Assembly: GCA_964019335.1 (NCBI GenBank)
Contig: OZ025648.1
Location: forward strand, 434,001-498,000
DNA from: Diplonema japonicum
Taxonomy: Eukaryota > Protista > Euglenozoa: Diplonemea
Length of the DNA: 64,000 nt
Direction of reading: 5' to 3'
The notes beneath the pieces are model-generated. The model saw only the letters and a list, made by a program, of their open reading frames with translations. It did not search any database and had not been told where the DNA came from. Of the stretch, positions 1-11,623 are shown in pieces. Positions within the stretch are counted from its first letter, which is position 1; each line of letters begins with the position of its first letter. The position numbers and the translations under genes were made by a program.

Positions 1-3000
1 TGCCGTCACAGCTTCGTTCGTGGGTGCGAACACTGTGTAGGGCCCTGCGTACCCCAGTACTTGCATCACGTTGGCTCGCGACAGTAAAGTTGCGAACGCA
101 GAGAACTTCGCGATCCCTTGCAACGTCTTAACCACATCAAGCTTCGGGAGCCCTGCCGAGTCGGGCAGCAGTACCGCCGACACAGCATGCGCCACTCCAT
201 TGGAGGCCCTGAGGTCGGGGATGGTGACTGTCGACGTGGTGTCAATAGATGTAACGCCACCGTTGACCTGCGCAGAGAGGTACTCGCCCTGGAGGGGGAT
301 CAGAGGGCTGTTGGCGGGGAGCTCCACAGCAGGTATCGCGACCTGCCGATGAGGTGTGTACACGATGTGGTGCTTCAAGACTGCTTCCAGTACTACAAGC
401 CTCCTGGGAAGCAGCTCCCTTATTCCGGACGGCAGCCCGCTGAACGCCGTGTTTGTAGGCACGAACACTGTGTAGGGCCCGTAGTTCCCCATTGTGTCCA
501 GCAGCCCGACAGCCTGCATGTACCGCGCCATCGTCGAAAGCCTGCCGTGCGTGCTGATAGTGCCACACAAGGTAGTCCTCCCGCACTGCGGGGGAATGGT
601 GGGGAGGGGAGGTGCACCGCTAATGGTGTTGGGGATGAAGAGGTCGGACACCACATGCACAACGCCGTTTGTCGCAGACAGGTCCCTCTCCACAGTGAGC
701 TTCGCGTTGTCGACGATGATGTTGTCCCCGTTCAGTGTGGGCAGCACGGGGTTCGTGAGGAGGTCGGCAGAGGGCACCCTGCTGCCTACTATGATGTGAT
801 GCCGGAGCAGGATGCCCAGCTCGCTGGGCGACAGCGTGTGCAGGTACGCCGACCTGACCATGAGGGCGTTGTTGCTGGGCGCTAAGACCGTGAAAGGCCC
901 AAGCCCGTTCAAAGTGGCCAGGATACCATGCGACTGCAAAAGGATGTAGAAGTCACGTGTGCTAGGCTCCCTCGAAAGCACAAAGCACACTGTCTGGCCG
1001 CTGCACGCCCCCTGCTGCGGTGTCGAAGGGGGCACAGGCGCCATCGACGGGAACAGCACTGCGTCTATGACATGCAGCATACCGTTTCTCGCCTGCAAGT
1101 TCCCGTACTGTATCCTCGCAACGTTGTTGACAGTAATCTGCACACCCAACTGCGTAAAGTGCAGCCTGTCCTGCTGGTACGACGTCACAGGGCTTGACGC
1201 GACGAGCCCCGTTGTGGACAACACTTGGTTCTGAATGATGTGGTTGCGCAGCACTGTAAGCAGCTGCCCCGTTTGCAGCCCTCTCAGCGAAGCCGCAGCA
1301 AGCCCAGCATTGGACACGGCGAGAAGCGTGCACACACTCTGCACGACTCCTGAGAGCCCCTCGCTTGTGATCATCAACCGAAACTCCGACAGTTCAGGGC
1401 GTCCTTGCAGCAGGTCCATCATGGGGGGATACCCAGGGGCGATGTCAGGTGAGCCCACCACCGTTGGACCATATGTGAAGGTCGGAGGAGGCACGGGCCA
1501 CGGCGTCCCAGTGTACCACCTGTTTGTCGGGACGGGTGCTGGGAAAGGGTTGCCAGGGTTCCAAGTGGGGAAAGGCGGGTTCGGAACGACACCTGGCGTG
1601 GGAGTGATAGGCGGTGGTGTCCTGAAGAACGTGACACCCGGCGGCGCCAGTACAACATCGATGCCGTAGGCGATCCCATTGCTTGCGAACATGGCACTGG
1701 TTGTGACACGTGCCATGCTGTTTAAGAGCCCGTTTCTGTATGTGATCCTGCTGGGTGTGTCGACCGTGTCGATCAGACCAACACCGCCTATGTTCGAGCG
1801 CCTGCCTGGTGCGATGTGATAGCGCACCGTTCTCGTTAGTTCGGGGAGGTTGTTAACCATATTCTGCACACGCAGCCCCTGGTTGAGGAAAGCAGCATCA
1901 GTAGGTGCGAGGACAGTCCAGTCACCACCCGTCTTGAGGACCCTGTCCATGCCTGTGTGGATCAAGGCGGAGATGAAGGAACCATAACCACCGACGCGCA
2001 CCAGCAAGTCATAGACAGTATTAGTGCCTGTGGGAGGTGGGGTGGGGACGATAACATTCCCGCCGCCAGTGATTGTGATTGCTTGCACGGCTTCTACAAT
2101 GTGGACGACACCGTTGGTGGCTATTAAGTCAACGTTGCTGAGACGCGACACGCTGTTCAGGTAGAGGACGCCATTGACGTTGGTGACGATGGCTGGGCGG
2201 CCGGAGAGCAGGGTCATCTGTGAGGAGGGCAAGAACGCCGATTGCACAGCAGCACCTGAGTGGATATGGTTCCGCATCGTTGCCGCCATGTCGATGTTCG
2301 CCATCGCGAACAGTGTGTTCATGGCAGTATTCGAAGGCGCGAAGACAGTGAAAACACCGTTCTGCAAGACGCTGTCCATGCCCGTCTGCCTCAGCTGGTT
2401 GCGGAACAGGGTCAGCCTCCCGTCAAGCGTTATCCTGTCTAGAACAGTGTTCCCCAACCCGCCTGTCGGTATTGGAGTCAAAGAAGGTTGTCTTGTCACC
2501 ACAGGCAGCACGCCGTTCGGCAGCAGCACCTGATCGATGACGTGTACGATGCCGTTCGCTGCTTGTAAATCTCGCCCGACAATGTCCCCTAACCCGTCTA
2601 GCTGCACCTCGTTGGTGATGGTGTTCCTTGTGTATATGATGCTGTCTTGGTCTATGGTGGTTAGCACTCCTGGCAGGTTATTGAGCATCTCACTGTAAGG
2701 CACACGTCTGGACACCACATGGTAGCGCAGCACCTTTAGTAAGTCACTGGGACTGATCCCTACACTGCCAAACGCTGCATCTGTGGGAGCGAACACTGTC
2801 ACAGTACCTCCGTTTAAGATGCTAATGGGGTTGCTGATGAGGAGGCTCTCGAACGTGTTGAGGTCCGTCCTGCCGGCGATTACTTGCATCACTGAACCCT
2901 GCACCGCCTGGCACTGTCCGTTGCTGCACAATAAGTTTGTGCCGCATGACGTGCCGTCGGGCTTCACAGTGTTCCCGCAGACACCATTAGTACAGACACC

Positions 3001-3939
3001 GGTGTGGCACAGCGAGGCTGCAGGACACCCGTTGGGGCAGGAACTGCTCGCCTGGCACACGCCGTTGCTGCACACCATGTTCGTGCCGCATGACGTGCCG
3101 TCGGGCTTCACAGTGTTCCCGCAAACACCACTAGTACAGACACCGGTGTGGCAGGATGAGGCCGCGGGGCAGGCGGTGGGACACGACGTGCCCGACTGGC
3201 ACACCCCACTTGAGCAAACCATGTTGGTACCGCACACTGTGCCGTCTTGTTTTACGGTGTTACCGCAGACACCGTTGGTGCAGACGCCAGTGTGGCAGGA
3301 TGAGGCTGCGGGGCATCCGTTGGGGCAGGAGGTGCCCGACTGACACACACCGTTTGTGCAGACCATACTGGCACCGCAAGAGGTGCCATCTGGTTTTGCG
3401 GAATTGATACAGGTACCGGTGGAACAAGTAGCAGTGTGGCACGATGAGGATGGGGTGCAGCCACCCGGGCAGGCTAGGGAGGTACCAGTGCAGACACCAT
3501 TGAGGCAAACGTCATTGAAAGTGAGGGGGTTGCTGTCACTGCAGGGGGTACCATTGGGGAGGGAAGGGTTCGTGCAGGTTCCAGTGGCTGTGTTGCAGAC
3601 ACCCGTCATACGACAAGGCCCTTGGGGAGCACAAGTGGCGGGGCACCCAGTACCAGTAGACAGCCTGCATGCGGGGAGCACAGTCGACCACTTACCAACG
3701 ACAGCCACCCCGCACCGAGGGGTGTCGCACACGCTGCCTTGCTTTACAAATACACAGCTACCCATACTAGGCACCGTTCCACCCCGCTGGCACTGCACTC
3801 CGCCTGTCCCTGTTTGCGGAAAGGCTGGTTTTGCCCCATGCGGCCACACAATCTCATCAAATAAACATTGTCCCCCACACCCCACCACGAACCCACACAC
3901 CAGAACAAAGACAGTTAGGTTGTTCACAGATGTTTTCAT
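1..3939 (-). CDS. Secreted/surface protein with Cys-rich repeats and at least 7 fasciclin (FAS1) domains; 3' end runs off the window
   Basis: ATG at 3939 gives MKTSVNNLTVFVLVCGFVVGCGG (signal-like). The same frame holds at the points checked and at base 1 (GPYTVFAPTNEAVTA). FAS1 motifs: TVFAPTDAAF (~2800), TVFAPSN (~2345), TVLAPTDAAF (~1910), a degenerate copy (~1330), TVLAPSN (~885), TVFVPTN (~465), TVFAPTN (~30), plus AANGIVHVIDQVLLP. Absent from the ORF track because it has no stop in the window. Confidence 0.9.
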   Translation of the reverse strand, partial: MKTSVNNLTVFVLVCGFVVGCGGQCLFDEIVWPHGAKPAFPQTGTGGVQCQRGGTVPSMGSCVFVKQGSVCDTPRCGVAVVGKWSTVLPACRLSTGTGCPATCAPQGPCRMTGVCNTATGTCTNPSLPNGTPCSDSNPLTFNDVCLNGVCTGTSLACPGGCTPSSSCHTATCSTGTCINSAKPDGTSCGASMVCTNGVCQSGTSCPNGCPAASSCHTGVCTNGVCGNTVKQDGTVCGTNMVCSSGVCQSGTSCPTACPAASSCHTGVCTSGVCGNTVKPDGTSCGTNMVCSNGVCQASSSCPNGCPAASLCHTGVCTNGVCGNTVKPDGTSCGTNLLCSNGQCQAVQGSVMQVIAGRTDLNTFESLLISNPISILNGGTVTVFAPTDAAFGSVGISPSDLLKVLRYHVVSRRVPYSEMLNNLPGVLTTIDQDSIIYTRNTITNEVQLDGLGDIVGRDLQAANGIVHVIDQVLLPNGVLPVVTRQPSLTPIPTGGLGNTVLDRITLDGRLTLFRNQLRQTGMDSVLQNGVFTVFAPSNTAMNTLFAMANIDMAATMRNHIHSGAAVQSAFLPSSQMTLLSGRPAIVTNVNGVLYLNSVSRLSNVDLIATNGVVHIVEAVQAITITGGGNVIVPTPPPTGTNTVYDLLVRVGGYGSFISALIHTGMDRVLKTGGDWTVLAPTDAAFLNQGLRVQNMVNNLPELTRTVRYHIAPGRRSNIGGVGLIDTVDTPSRITYRNGLLNSMARVTTSAMFASNGIAYGIDVVLAPPGVTFFRTPPPITPTPGVVPNPPFPTWNPGNPFPAPVPTNRWYTGTPWPVPPPTFTYGPTVVGSPDIAPGYPPMMDLLQGRPELSEFRLMITSEGLSGVVQSVCTLLAVSNAGLAAASLRGLQTGQLLTVLRNHIIQNQVLSTTGLVASSPVTSYQQDRLHFTQLGVQITVNNVARIQYGNLQARNGMLHVIDAVLFPSMAPVPPSTPQQGACSGQTVCFVLSREPSTRDFYILLQSHGILATLNGLGPFTVLAPSNNALMVRSAYLHTLSPSELGILLRHHIIVGSRVPSADLLTNPVLPTLNGDNIIVDNAKLTVERDLSATNGVVHVVSDLFIPNTISGAPPLPTIPPQCGRTTLCGTISTHGRLSTMARYMQAVGLLDTMGNYGPYTVFVPTNTAFSGLPSGIRELLPRRLVVLEAVLKHHIVYTPHRQVAIPAVELPANSPLIPLQGEYLSAQVNGGVTSIDTTSTVTIPDLRASNGVAHAVSAVLLPDSAGLPKLDVVKTLQGIAKFSAFATLLSRANVMQVLGYAGPYTVFAPTNEAVTA
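2905..3480 (-). repeat. Coding tandem repeat, 144-bp (48-aa) Cys-rich unit, about 4 copies
   Basis: Equivalent positions at 2978, 3122, 3266 and 3410. Unit reads like CPNGCPAASLCHTGVCTNGVCGNTVKPDGTSCGTNLLCSNGQC. Confidence 0.85.
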
Positions 3940-4244
3940 CGCATTTCTTTTTTATTTTTATTTTCGTTGGAACCCTTTGTTGAACTCACTTTCCGATAAA
4001 AACTAATACAAAAGAAGAAATAAACAATGAAATCGAATGAAAATGGGGGGGGGAGGGTACAACATGTGGAAACAAAGGGAGTAAAAACAAGACAAAAAAA
4101 GACAAGGGGGGAGGAGAGGGTGTGTATATCAAAAAGAAAATAAAAATAAACAGTGAAACGTGGGGGGGAAAAAAAGACAATAAAAAAACACACTTCAAAA
4201 TTCTTTCAGTTTCCTCTATTTTTTTCTTCTTCTTCTTCCTTTTT

Positions 4245-5807
4245 TTAAAGGCTGAACGGCTTGCTCGTCGCAAGCGGGCGACCCAGGCTATCAACGTACC
4301 GCAGTTCGTACTGACAGGAAGCTGCGCCTTCGGGTGGGGTGTAAGGGAGCGTGAACTCCCACGGGTTCTCAGACCCATCGTTTGGCAGATGCGACAACAC
4401 ATCAGGGATGTCAGAGATGACCGGAGTCAGCGGCGGTATTTCCGTACCAACAGAAATGAGCACCACGGTATCACCTGGGAGAGGGTACCATCTCGCATGG
4501 GAAAACTTCGCGTTAATCTTCCGCCCTGCACAGTCAATCGAAGATATGTCAACACTTCCCTGTGGAAGCTCCAGACTCAGACTGTCTGTCGGTGTGTTGA
4601 CCTTTCTCGTCGTCACCACCTCCGAAGGTATGTACGCAGTAATAAACCCAATCTCACCATTCCCTCTTACCTCCAGTCTGAAGGGAGCATCTAAGACCAT
4701 CCCATCGTGAATTTCATCCTCACGGCTGCCTCCACTAAGAACAGCTTCAACATGATCAATGAGGATTTTAACAGTGGAACCGCCTGGTACCCATAGGCTG
4801 GACCATATGTGGTTGTTCACACGGAAGGTGCGTTTCGAACCGGATAAGAACCAGTTTTTGTATAGCGAGTCCCCTGCTTTTGACATGGACCCGCCCAGGG
4901 TTCGGGACATTAGCGTGGCGGGGAGGGGGAGGTAAGAGAGGACGACCCGCCAGATTGTTGCCGACGATTCGAAAAACGATCTTCGTTGCTTTTTTTGTTT
5001 CGCGCGCTCTGCTTGAACATCGATCCCGAGCAGGGAAGCTAGGTAGTGAACGGTGTCCTCCAGCTCCGAAATCCGTTTATTCTGCACTATGGCAACTCTA
5101 TCGTGGTCGGGAGCAGAGGTGTCTCCTGCGGTTACGAAAATATCCGGTGTGTTGTGGTCAGTGTTCCGTTGTATGTAGAATTCCGGCCTTGTCTGGACGT
5201 GGCTGTGGCTGGCACCTGCGGACGAGCTTCGTTTTACACTCTTTGTAGGGCGGGTTGTGGGTGTTCTGCTCCTTGTTATTCGCTCTGGACTCGGACTTGC
5301 TAAAATTCTCTCCACAGCTTGATCTGCCGAAATGCACGCTTGCATGACGTCGCGGATCATCAGATCCTTGTTGTGCGGCAGCGATGACCTTCCGTTCACT
5401 CCTACATGTCGTGGACCGTTCTGTTTTTATTTTTATTTTATTTTGTGGTGGTATATATATTATATATACTCTATTCGGTACTGGAGAGTCTGTCGCGCTT
5501 CTCATCCAAGCGGGTTGCTGTCTGTTTTTCATCATTCGCAGCGAATTCGTGTTTATTTTCGGTCTGTTTTTGTGTGAGATTTTTTTCTTTTTTTGTTGGT
5601 TCCCACATACGCTTCTTGTAGTTCTTCCTCCTCCAGCAGTTTTTTCTTCTTTACGTTTCTGTTGCGCTTTCGTTCTAATAGTCTCTGGCTTCTCGAGTAG
5701 ATATCTTTCCCAGGTGGGATGCTGGCTAGAATATTTCTAGGCGTCTTAGGTGACTGTGACCGCTTGGGTTCCACTGGCGGTGGGGTCACTTCCCCTTCAT
5801 TTTCCAT
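4245..5807 (-). CDS. Hypothetical 488-aa protein with coiled coil, F-box-like motif and SKICH/Ig-like C-terminus; exons 5807-5611, 5563-5470, 5420-4245
   Basis: Two GT-AG introns (5564-5610, 5421-5469) join three ORF-track frames in phase. IWRVVLSYLPLPATLMSRTL is F-box-like. YELRYVDSLGRPLATSKPF resembles a SKICH domain end. Domain calls are by eye. Confidence 0.7.
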
Positions 5808-5832
5808 TTTCCCCTCCCTCCTCTTGTTCGTT

Positions 5833-5865
<33 letters not shown>

Positions 5866-6311
5866 CCTTCCCACCCAGGAAATCTTGTCACAGACAGCAG
5901 CTACGGTTCAAAGAAGATTAAGCAAACCCACAAATGTGACCCATGCAACAGGAACAATACCCGCAGGAAAAAGGGTACATGTCGCCCTTTGGGGAAGTTG
6001 ACAAAGAGAAAGCGTTTTAACAAGAACGCATGGTACAAGCCCCCTCATTCGCCCATGTTCAAAAATAACGTAAAAAACAAACAAAAATAAGAGAAACAGA
6101 AAAAAAAGCAATTAGAAAAGAAAATCTTTTTTTTAGGTGTTAAAAAAAGGGGGGGGGGGGGCGCGGAATGTAAACATTCTGCTTTTTTGTTTTCCCCCCT
6201 TCTTTTTTTTTTTTTCTTTTTCGAAAGGGGGGCGGGGGCAATGGGGGGGGAAAAAAAAAACACTTTCAAAAAAAAAAAAAAAAAGATGGGTTAGATCACA
6301 TTTTTCTTTTT

Positions 6312-6343
<32 letters not shown>

Positions 6344-6365
6344 CTTCTTTCCCTTCTCAACATTC

Positions 6366-7244
6366 TCACATCTTCTTCAACTTCTCAGCAGAGTTCGCAG
6401 GGACCACGTGCTTTTCCATGAACATGTTGAACTCCATTACAGTGGGCCGGTGTTTGCTCCAAAGCTGGTGGTAGGACACCATCAGAGAGGAGTACAGCTG
6501 GCAATGGGCCATGATGGAGGGCGTGAAGAAAGGGTCCGATTTGTCATCAACAGGGAGAGCATAAAACTGGTGATCGATGTCAGTTGACTTCAAAAGTGTC
6601 GTCACACGGCTCGTTAGGTTGATCCCTGTCACTGCCATGAGGTACCAGACCTCAGTGTCTGGCTTCCAGCCTCCTTCCACCATCATTTTCCGTGCTTCCT
6701 CAGGGTGATTCTCTGCAAAGTATGTGAGGTTTAACAGGCCTAAGAGGCCGTTTCCTCGAAAATCTGTTGCGGGGTCCTTGCCTTGGAAGCCTAGCTCTTC
6801 CCATTCTTCGGTTTTTCTAGCTTTTCTGGTCACGCCGGGTTTCATCGCTGTCCAGAATCTTTCAAGGAGTTTTTCATGGTCGGGGTTGGTGGAGTCGTAC
6901 TTTGTGGAGCGGAGTTTTTCAACTTCTTCCTGTGAGAGGCCTGCGGTTCTGATGCCTTCGAGTCCAACGACAGCACCGTACTTACCCTTGGCCTCTGATA
7001 GTGACATGCTTCCGTCCCTAACTGCTTTATAGTCAGAAGAGGACATAACACTCCTTGCGTCACCACCTGCAGGCTTACTGCATGACGAAGACCACCATTT
7101 CCACGCTGCCGCCACTGACAAGCCCACTGCGATGAGGTAGACCGCCATAGGAAGCGACTCGTCTCTGTCGTGCCTGTGTATGCTTTTAAGACTCACTTCT
7201 GCTGCAGTAGTTAACCGTGCAATGCCCGAAAATATGCAGAGCAT
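6366..7244 (-). CDS. ELMO/CED-12 domain protein (ELMOD-like ARF/ARL GAP) with N-terminal hydrophobic anchor
   Basis: Motif WEELGFQGKDPATDFRGNGLLGLLNLTYF. Start is at 7244 or 7148 (MAVYLIAVG). The ORF-track extension to 7337 is homopolymer sequence. Confidence 0.9.
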   Translation of the reverse strand: MLCIFSGIARLTTAAEVSLKSIHRHDRDESLPMAVYLIAVGLSVAAAWKWWSSSCSKPAGGDARSVMSSSDYKAVRDGSMSLSEAKGKYGAVVGLEGIRTAGLSQEEVEKLRSTKYDSTNPDHEKLLERFWTAMKPGVTRKARKTEEWEELGFQGKDPATDFRGNGLLGLLNLTYFAENHPEEARKMMVEGGWKPDTEVWYLMAVTGINLTSRVTTLLKSTDIDHQFYALPVDDKSDPFFTPSIMAHCQLYSSLMVSYHQLWSKHRPTVMEFNMFMEKHVVPANSAEKLKKM

Positions 7245-7472
7245 AATATATTTCCACACCGTTTCCTTTTTTTTTTTTTGATTGGGTTTGTGGAGGAGAA
7301 AAAAAAATATAATCTCTAAGCCTCTACTTTCCACCATGTTGGAAGGAGGAACAGTACGGGGGGGGGGGGGGGGGGGAAAGGGTCAAAAGATAGGGGAGAA
7401 AAAAAATAACGGAGGGGAAGATTCCCCCTCTTTTTTTTTTCTTTCTTCTTTTGATCTTGGAGATAGGGCTTT

Positions 7473-7518
<46 letters not shown>

Positions 7519-7546
7519 CCCAATCAGTGGAGCGCATTCATCCCTC

Positions 7547-8563
7547 CTATTTCTCGTCAGATTTGTTATTATAGATAACCGTGCGCTGCCTCACCACACC
7601 TTGAGAATCGACGAACTCAGTCACAAACCTACTCCTGCTGACACGGTGGAGGCAGAAACCCATGAAGGTGTCCGCATAAATAGTGTCCTTTGTGGCTGTC
7701 GTTTTGTGCAGCCCATTGGCATAGCCACCACCACCCGTAACTATGTAATTCAACCCAGCAGCAACAGGATCCTTAAGATGTTGTGCGGTGTGGTCATGCC
7801 CATTAAGGAAGAGCTGCACAGGTGCCTTCCGCAAAACGGATTGCAAGTACTCCGCTGTTTTATTTTCAGCGGAGGTTCGGGGCCGGACACCAGCTGTCAG
7901 AATAGGCCTGTGGCCCACAACGATGACCCAGTCCGCTCCTGTATATGGCGCTGTTTTCATCTGATCCTCAATCCATTTCATCTGTTTCACTGCAGCCTCC
8001 TTTGACGTGTACAGAGGATCGAGATCTTGAGGAAAGCGTCTGGTGTCACCATCTGACATCACCCCTGCCTCTAGGCCTACTGAATCGATCATAATGAAGG
8101 AAATGGTTGGGTTTTCACCCTTGTGCATGCTGTAGTAAGGTGAGGAGAGGTGCCAAACAGGGTTTTTTTTTGAATATTGAACCTGTGCATCGATGCTTCC
8201 TCGGTGATCGTGGTCGCCGAGGATGAGGTACCAAGGGAGGGTTTTTAAATATGGTTTGTCTGCGGCGCCGTAAATGTGCTCGAAGTGGGTTTTGAATTTT
8301 TCGTCGTTGATGTCTTGTACTCCGGCGTCATAGAAGTTGTCCCCTAGAGATAGGATGAATGAGAGGTTTGGTTCTCTTGAGGCTATTTTTTCCAGCGCAT
8401 TTGCTACTTCACGTTGGCCTCCGCCCCCACCGCCCCAGTCACCTATCGATATGAAAACGAGCTCCTCTTCTGGAACATCTTTCCAAAACCAGATCAAAAT
8501 TGTCAGTATCGTCACCAACATTATCGCTTCCTTTCTCAACAACATCCGGGGGTGGAAATTCAT
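7547..8563 (-). CDS. Purple/tartrate-resistant acid phosphatase (ACP5-like metallophosphoesterase), N-terminal TM segment
   Basis: Motifs GDWG, GDNFY, GDHD, VVGH, GHDH. Confidence 0.92.
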   Translation of the reverse strand: MNFHPRMLLRKEAIMLVTILTILIWFWKDVPEEELVFISIGDWGGGGGGQREVANALEKIASREPNLSFILSLGDNFYDAGVQDINDEKFKTHFEHIYGAADKPYLKTLPWYLILGDHDHRGSIDAQVQYSKKNPVWHLSSPYYSMHKGENPTISFIMIDSVGLEAGVMSDGDTRRFPQDLDPLYTSKEAAVKQMKWIEDQMKTAPYTGADWVIVVGHRPILTAGVRPRTSAENKTAEYLQSVLRKAPVQLFLNGHDHTAQHLKDPVAAGLNYIVTGGGGYANGLHKTTATKDTIYADTFMGFCLHRVSRSRFVTEFVDSQGVVRQRTVIYNNKSDEK

Positions 8564-11276
8564 GTTTATTTATTTATTTATTTTTTTTTTTATATTTCGT
8601 GTCCCTTTTTTTATGTATGCTTAACCAGCAAGGCAAGAAAAAAAAGAATATTTATATAAATATGAAAAAAGAAGGGGAAAAGAAGCGAACTAAAAGGGTA
8701 AATAAAAAGAAAATGTAACAAAAAGAAGAAGAATAAGAAGAAGAGAAGAAGAAAAAAAAAGATAGACTATTCTTTTTTTTTTAAAAAAAAAAGGGTTTTT
8801 TGTGTTTTTGCGCACCTACCTGGTCTGAAAGAAATGGAGAGAGCATTAAAAAAAATTGGGGCTTTGGTTGTAAAAAAAAAAAAAAAAAAGAAAACTAACA
8901 AAAACTCTTAAAGCATGCGTGCATTGTTACACGAAAGAGTCCTATAATGAGCCTCAGTTCGTTTTTTATGAAAGTAGAGTCCACGTCAGACTTTATTTGT
9001 TTGCAAAGAAACTTCCTTTTCTTTCATATCTCTAGTGCCAGGCTCGAGAACCTCTTTTTTTTTTTTTTTTTGAATTGTCGTCTATTTCGCTTCATTCACT
9101 TTGGCCAGGCCCTGGTTTTCCTTCTTCCAGCTTAGTGAGGGTTTATGCTGTCTAGATAGGTGAGAAAAGAGTGCCCTCGATTTCTTATCCTCTACTTGAC
9201 TTTGCCATCCTGCTGACCAAGTTTTCAAAGGAAAAAAAAAAAGAAAGGGAAAGGGAACACCTTTCAAAAAAGAGAAGGGAGGGATTTATATAGTGCCAAA
9301 CTTCTGTTGTTTTAGGGTTTTTTTTTTTAAACCCCTCCCTCGTTTTTGTTCCACATCTTATCAAAAGAAATAAACACCAGTCCCCGGGCTGAGGCTGGGG
9401 TGGAAACAAAACAGAGGTGGGGTGGGGGGGGTAAAAAGGGGAACGTAGCGGCGATCCAGGGCTTTTTTTTTGGCTCAAGTAAGGGGAAGTTTAAAAAAAA
9501 ACTTGCAGAAAGTTAAATTCCTTACTTGGTACAAAAAAAAAGTGCAAGGTTTCATCAAGTCAATTTCTTTTCTCTCTTTTTCTTAACCTTTGGAAGAAGG
9601 GGGGGAAAAAAAAAGGGGGAGGGGGAAATATGAACTTTGTGGAGCAGAGCTACAGGTGCAAAAAGAAAAGATAGGAAACGAAGTGGTTAGCAACGCCCCA
9701 ATAGAAAGTATTAAAAAAAAAAAAAAAAAAAGAAGAAAAAAAAAAGGAAAAAAAAAAACTATGAATAGGCACTCGGCTTTACGTTAGTACATCACTAAGT
9801 CCGTCCTTGCCTTCCTGTGCTGCCCCCTTTCGAGAACAAAAAAGAAAAAAAGAAAAAAAAAAAAACCTAAAACAACTAGACGAGACAAGGCACAACAGAG
9901 AGAGAGAAACAAAGAAACAGAAGAAAAGGTGTGAAAGACCACACTGGTACCTCCTAGATATCTTCTGACACACGAGTGTAATAGTCTTCAGTAGTAATAC
10001 AGTGAAGAAGTGGTCGATAGATATGGCAACGCCAAGGATTTCTTTTTTAAAAAAAAGGGTGGGTTTCCCCCCCCCCCCCCCCCCCCGTGCACTTTTTTTG
10101 AGTGATGTTGTTTCGTGTTTCCTTGTTTCTCTCATTGGGGCCTCGAACCTTTGTCATTTGGGAGCAGGAAAAAAAAAAAGAAAAAAAAATGGATCCCTTG
10201 AAAAAGAGAATTGGAAAGATTATTTGTATGAACTGAATGAAAAGAAGCAGCATCGCCTTACACCGATTGAAAGAACGGGAAAAAAGGGGGAGGGAGGGGG
10301 GGGGGTCAATTGAAATTTATTAAAGGAGGGTGAGGTAGTTCCTACCCCCCCCCCACCGTGCCGCCGTCCTTTTGGTACTCGGCTTTGCTGTTTAGTAATA
10401 TTAAACCCATCACGAGGGGGGGCGGGACAGTTCCTCTCATTGTGACTCGCTTAAGGAGAAGTGCTGTTGAACACCTGAGACGTCGGCCCGAAGACCTGGC
10501 CCTGCCGCCCCCGAAAAAAGAGGAGAAACAAAAAAAAGGGGGGGGTGGGGGATTAGGAGTATAACCTTCTAAAGAACAAGAACTGAGAGGCACATTTTTT
10601 TTTTTTTTTTTTTGTATTAGCCTTCATCCCCCTCCTATTTTCCCATTTTTTTGTGCACACAAGGGAAATCAAAAAACAAAAGAGACATTTTTTTTTTTTT
10701 TTTTTTTTAAAAGGAATACTGCCAGGAAGAAGAAGAAGAAGAGAGAAAAAGAAATAATTGTTGCAGTACCTCACCTAGATAACAGATGACACAATTTTTT
10801 TTTCCTCTTCTTTTTCGTACTTACTTTTTTTCTCGTTTTTTTTTTTTTTTTTTTTGCACATAGAAAAATAAGATAACCGCCTTCAATGTAACCTTTTACT
10901 TCTTTTTAGTAATACGTAGTCTTGTTAGATAAGACAAAAAGAAATACTGAAAGAGAGGGGACATAATATTAAAACTGGTTTAACGAAACCCCCCCCACCC
11001 CTCCCTTCTAGCGTAAGGGGTTGCATGGCTTTGCGGGAAAAATGGAGGAATATAATACAATTCTTTTATCTATGCTTCAGGTTTCTCCTTCACCTCCGCC
11101 TCCGGCTTTTTTCTTATTCTCTTCGAGCCTAAGAAAAAAAAAGGGGGGGGAGAACAAAAAAGCCAAGTTGTCAAAGGTGGGTGATTTATAGATGTTTTTC
11201 TTTCTCTTTTTTTTTCCAGAAGTGGGATGTCAGCTTCAACCCCAACCGGGAAAAAAAAAAAAAAAAAAAAAAAAAA

Positions 11277-11406
11277 GGAACTAGCCGTTGTTTTGTACGT
11301 GCCGGGTAAAACCTGGAGAAAGTTTGTCAACCCGAAACACGTTGCCAACGCCGTACCCCTTTGTTAAGACAAGTCAAAGACTCGTTCTTGCAAAAAAAAA
11401 GGGGGT
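11277..11406. repeat. Structured interspersed repeat; relatives at 57890-57997 and 58098-58159
   Basis: ggaact[a/g]gccgttgttt(t)gtacgtgccgggt recurs at 57890. 11335-11396 matches 57938-57997 in reverse complement. Confidence 0.8.
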
Positions 11407-11590
11407 AAAAAAAAGAACAAAAACGAAAGAAATGGGTACTCCCGAGAGGTTATTAACTTTCTTTTCTTCTTCTTTCTTTTTTTGTTAAAACATGAGGACG
11501 GAAAACTTAACTCACCTCGCACTTCCCCCCCTTTTTTTTTTTTTTAAATAGAAATGAATTCGTGTTGCATTCTCTCTCAAAAGAACAACT

Positions 11591-11623
<33 letters not shown>

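Noticed and set aside
66-3864. Many ORF-track ORFs over the fasciclin gene, and similar plus-strand ORFs over other genes
   Set aside because: Antisense or off-frame shadows of GC-rich coding sequence.
10889-10900. U5 loop-like CCTTTTAC, also at 33482
   Set aside because: No closing stem.
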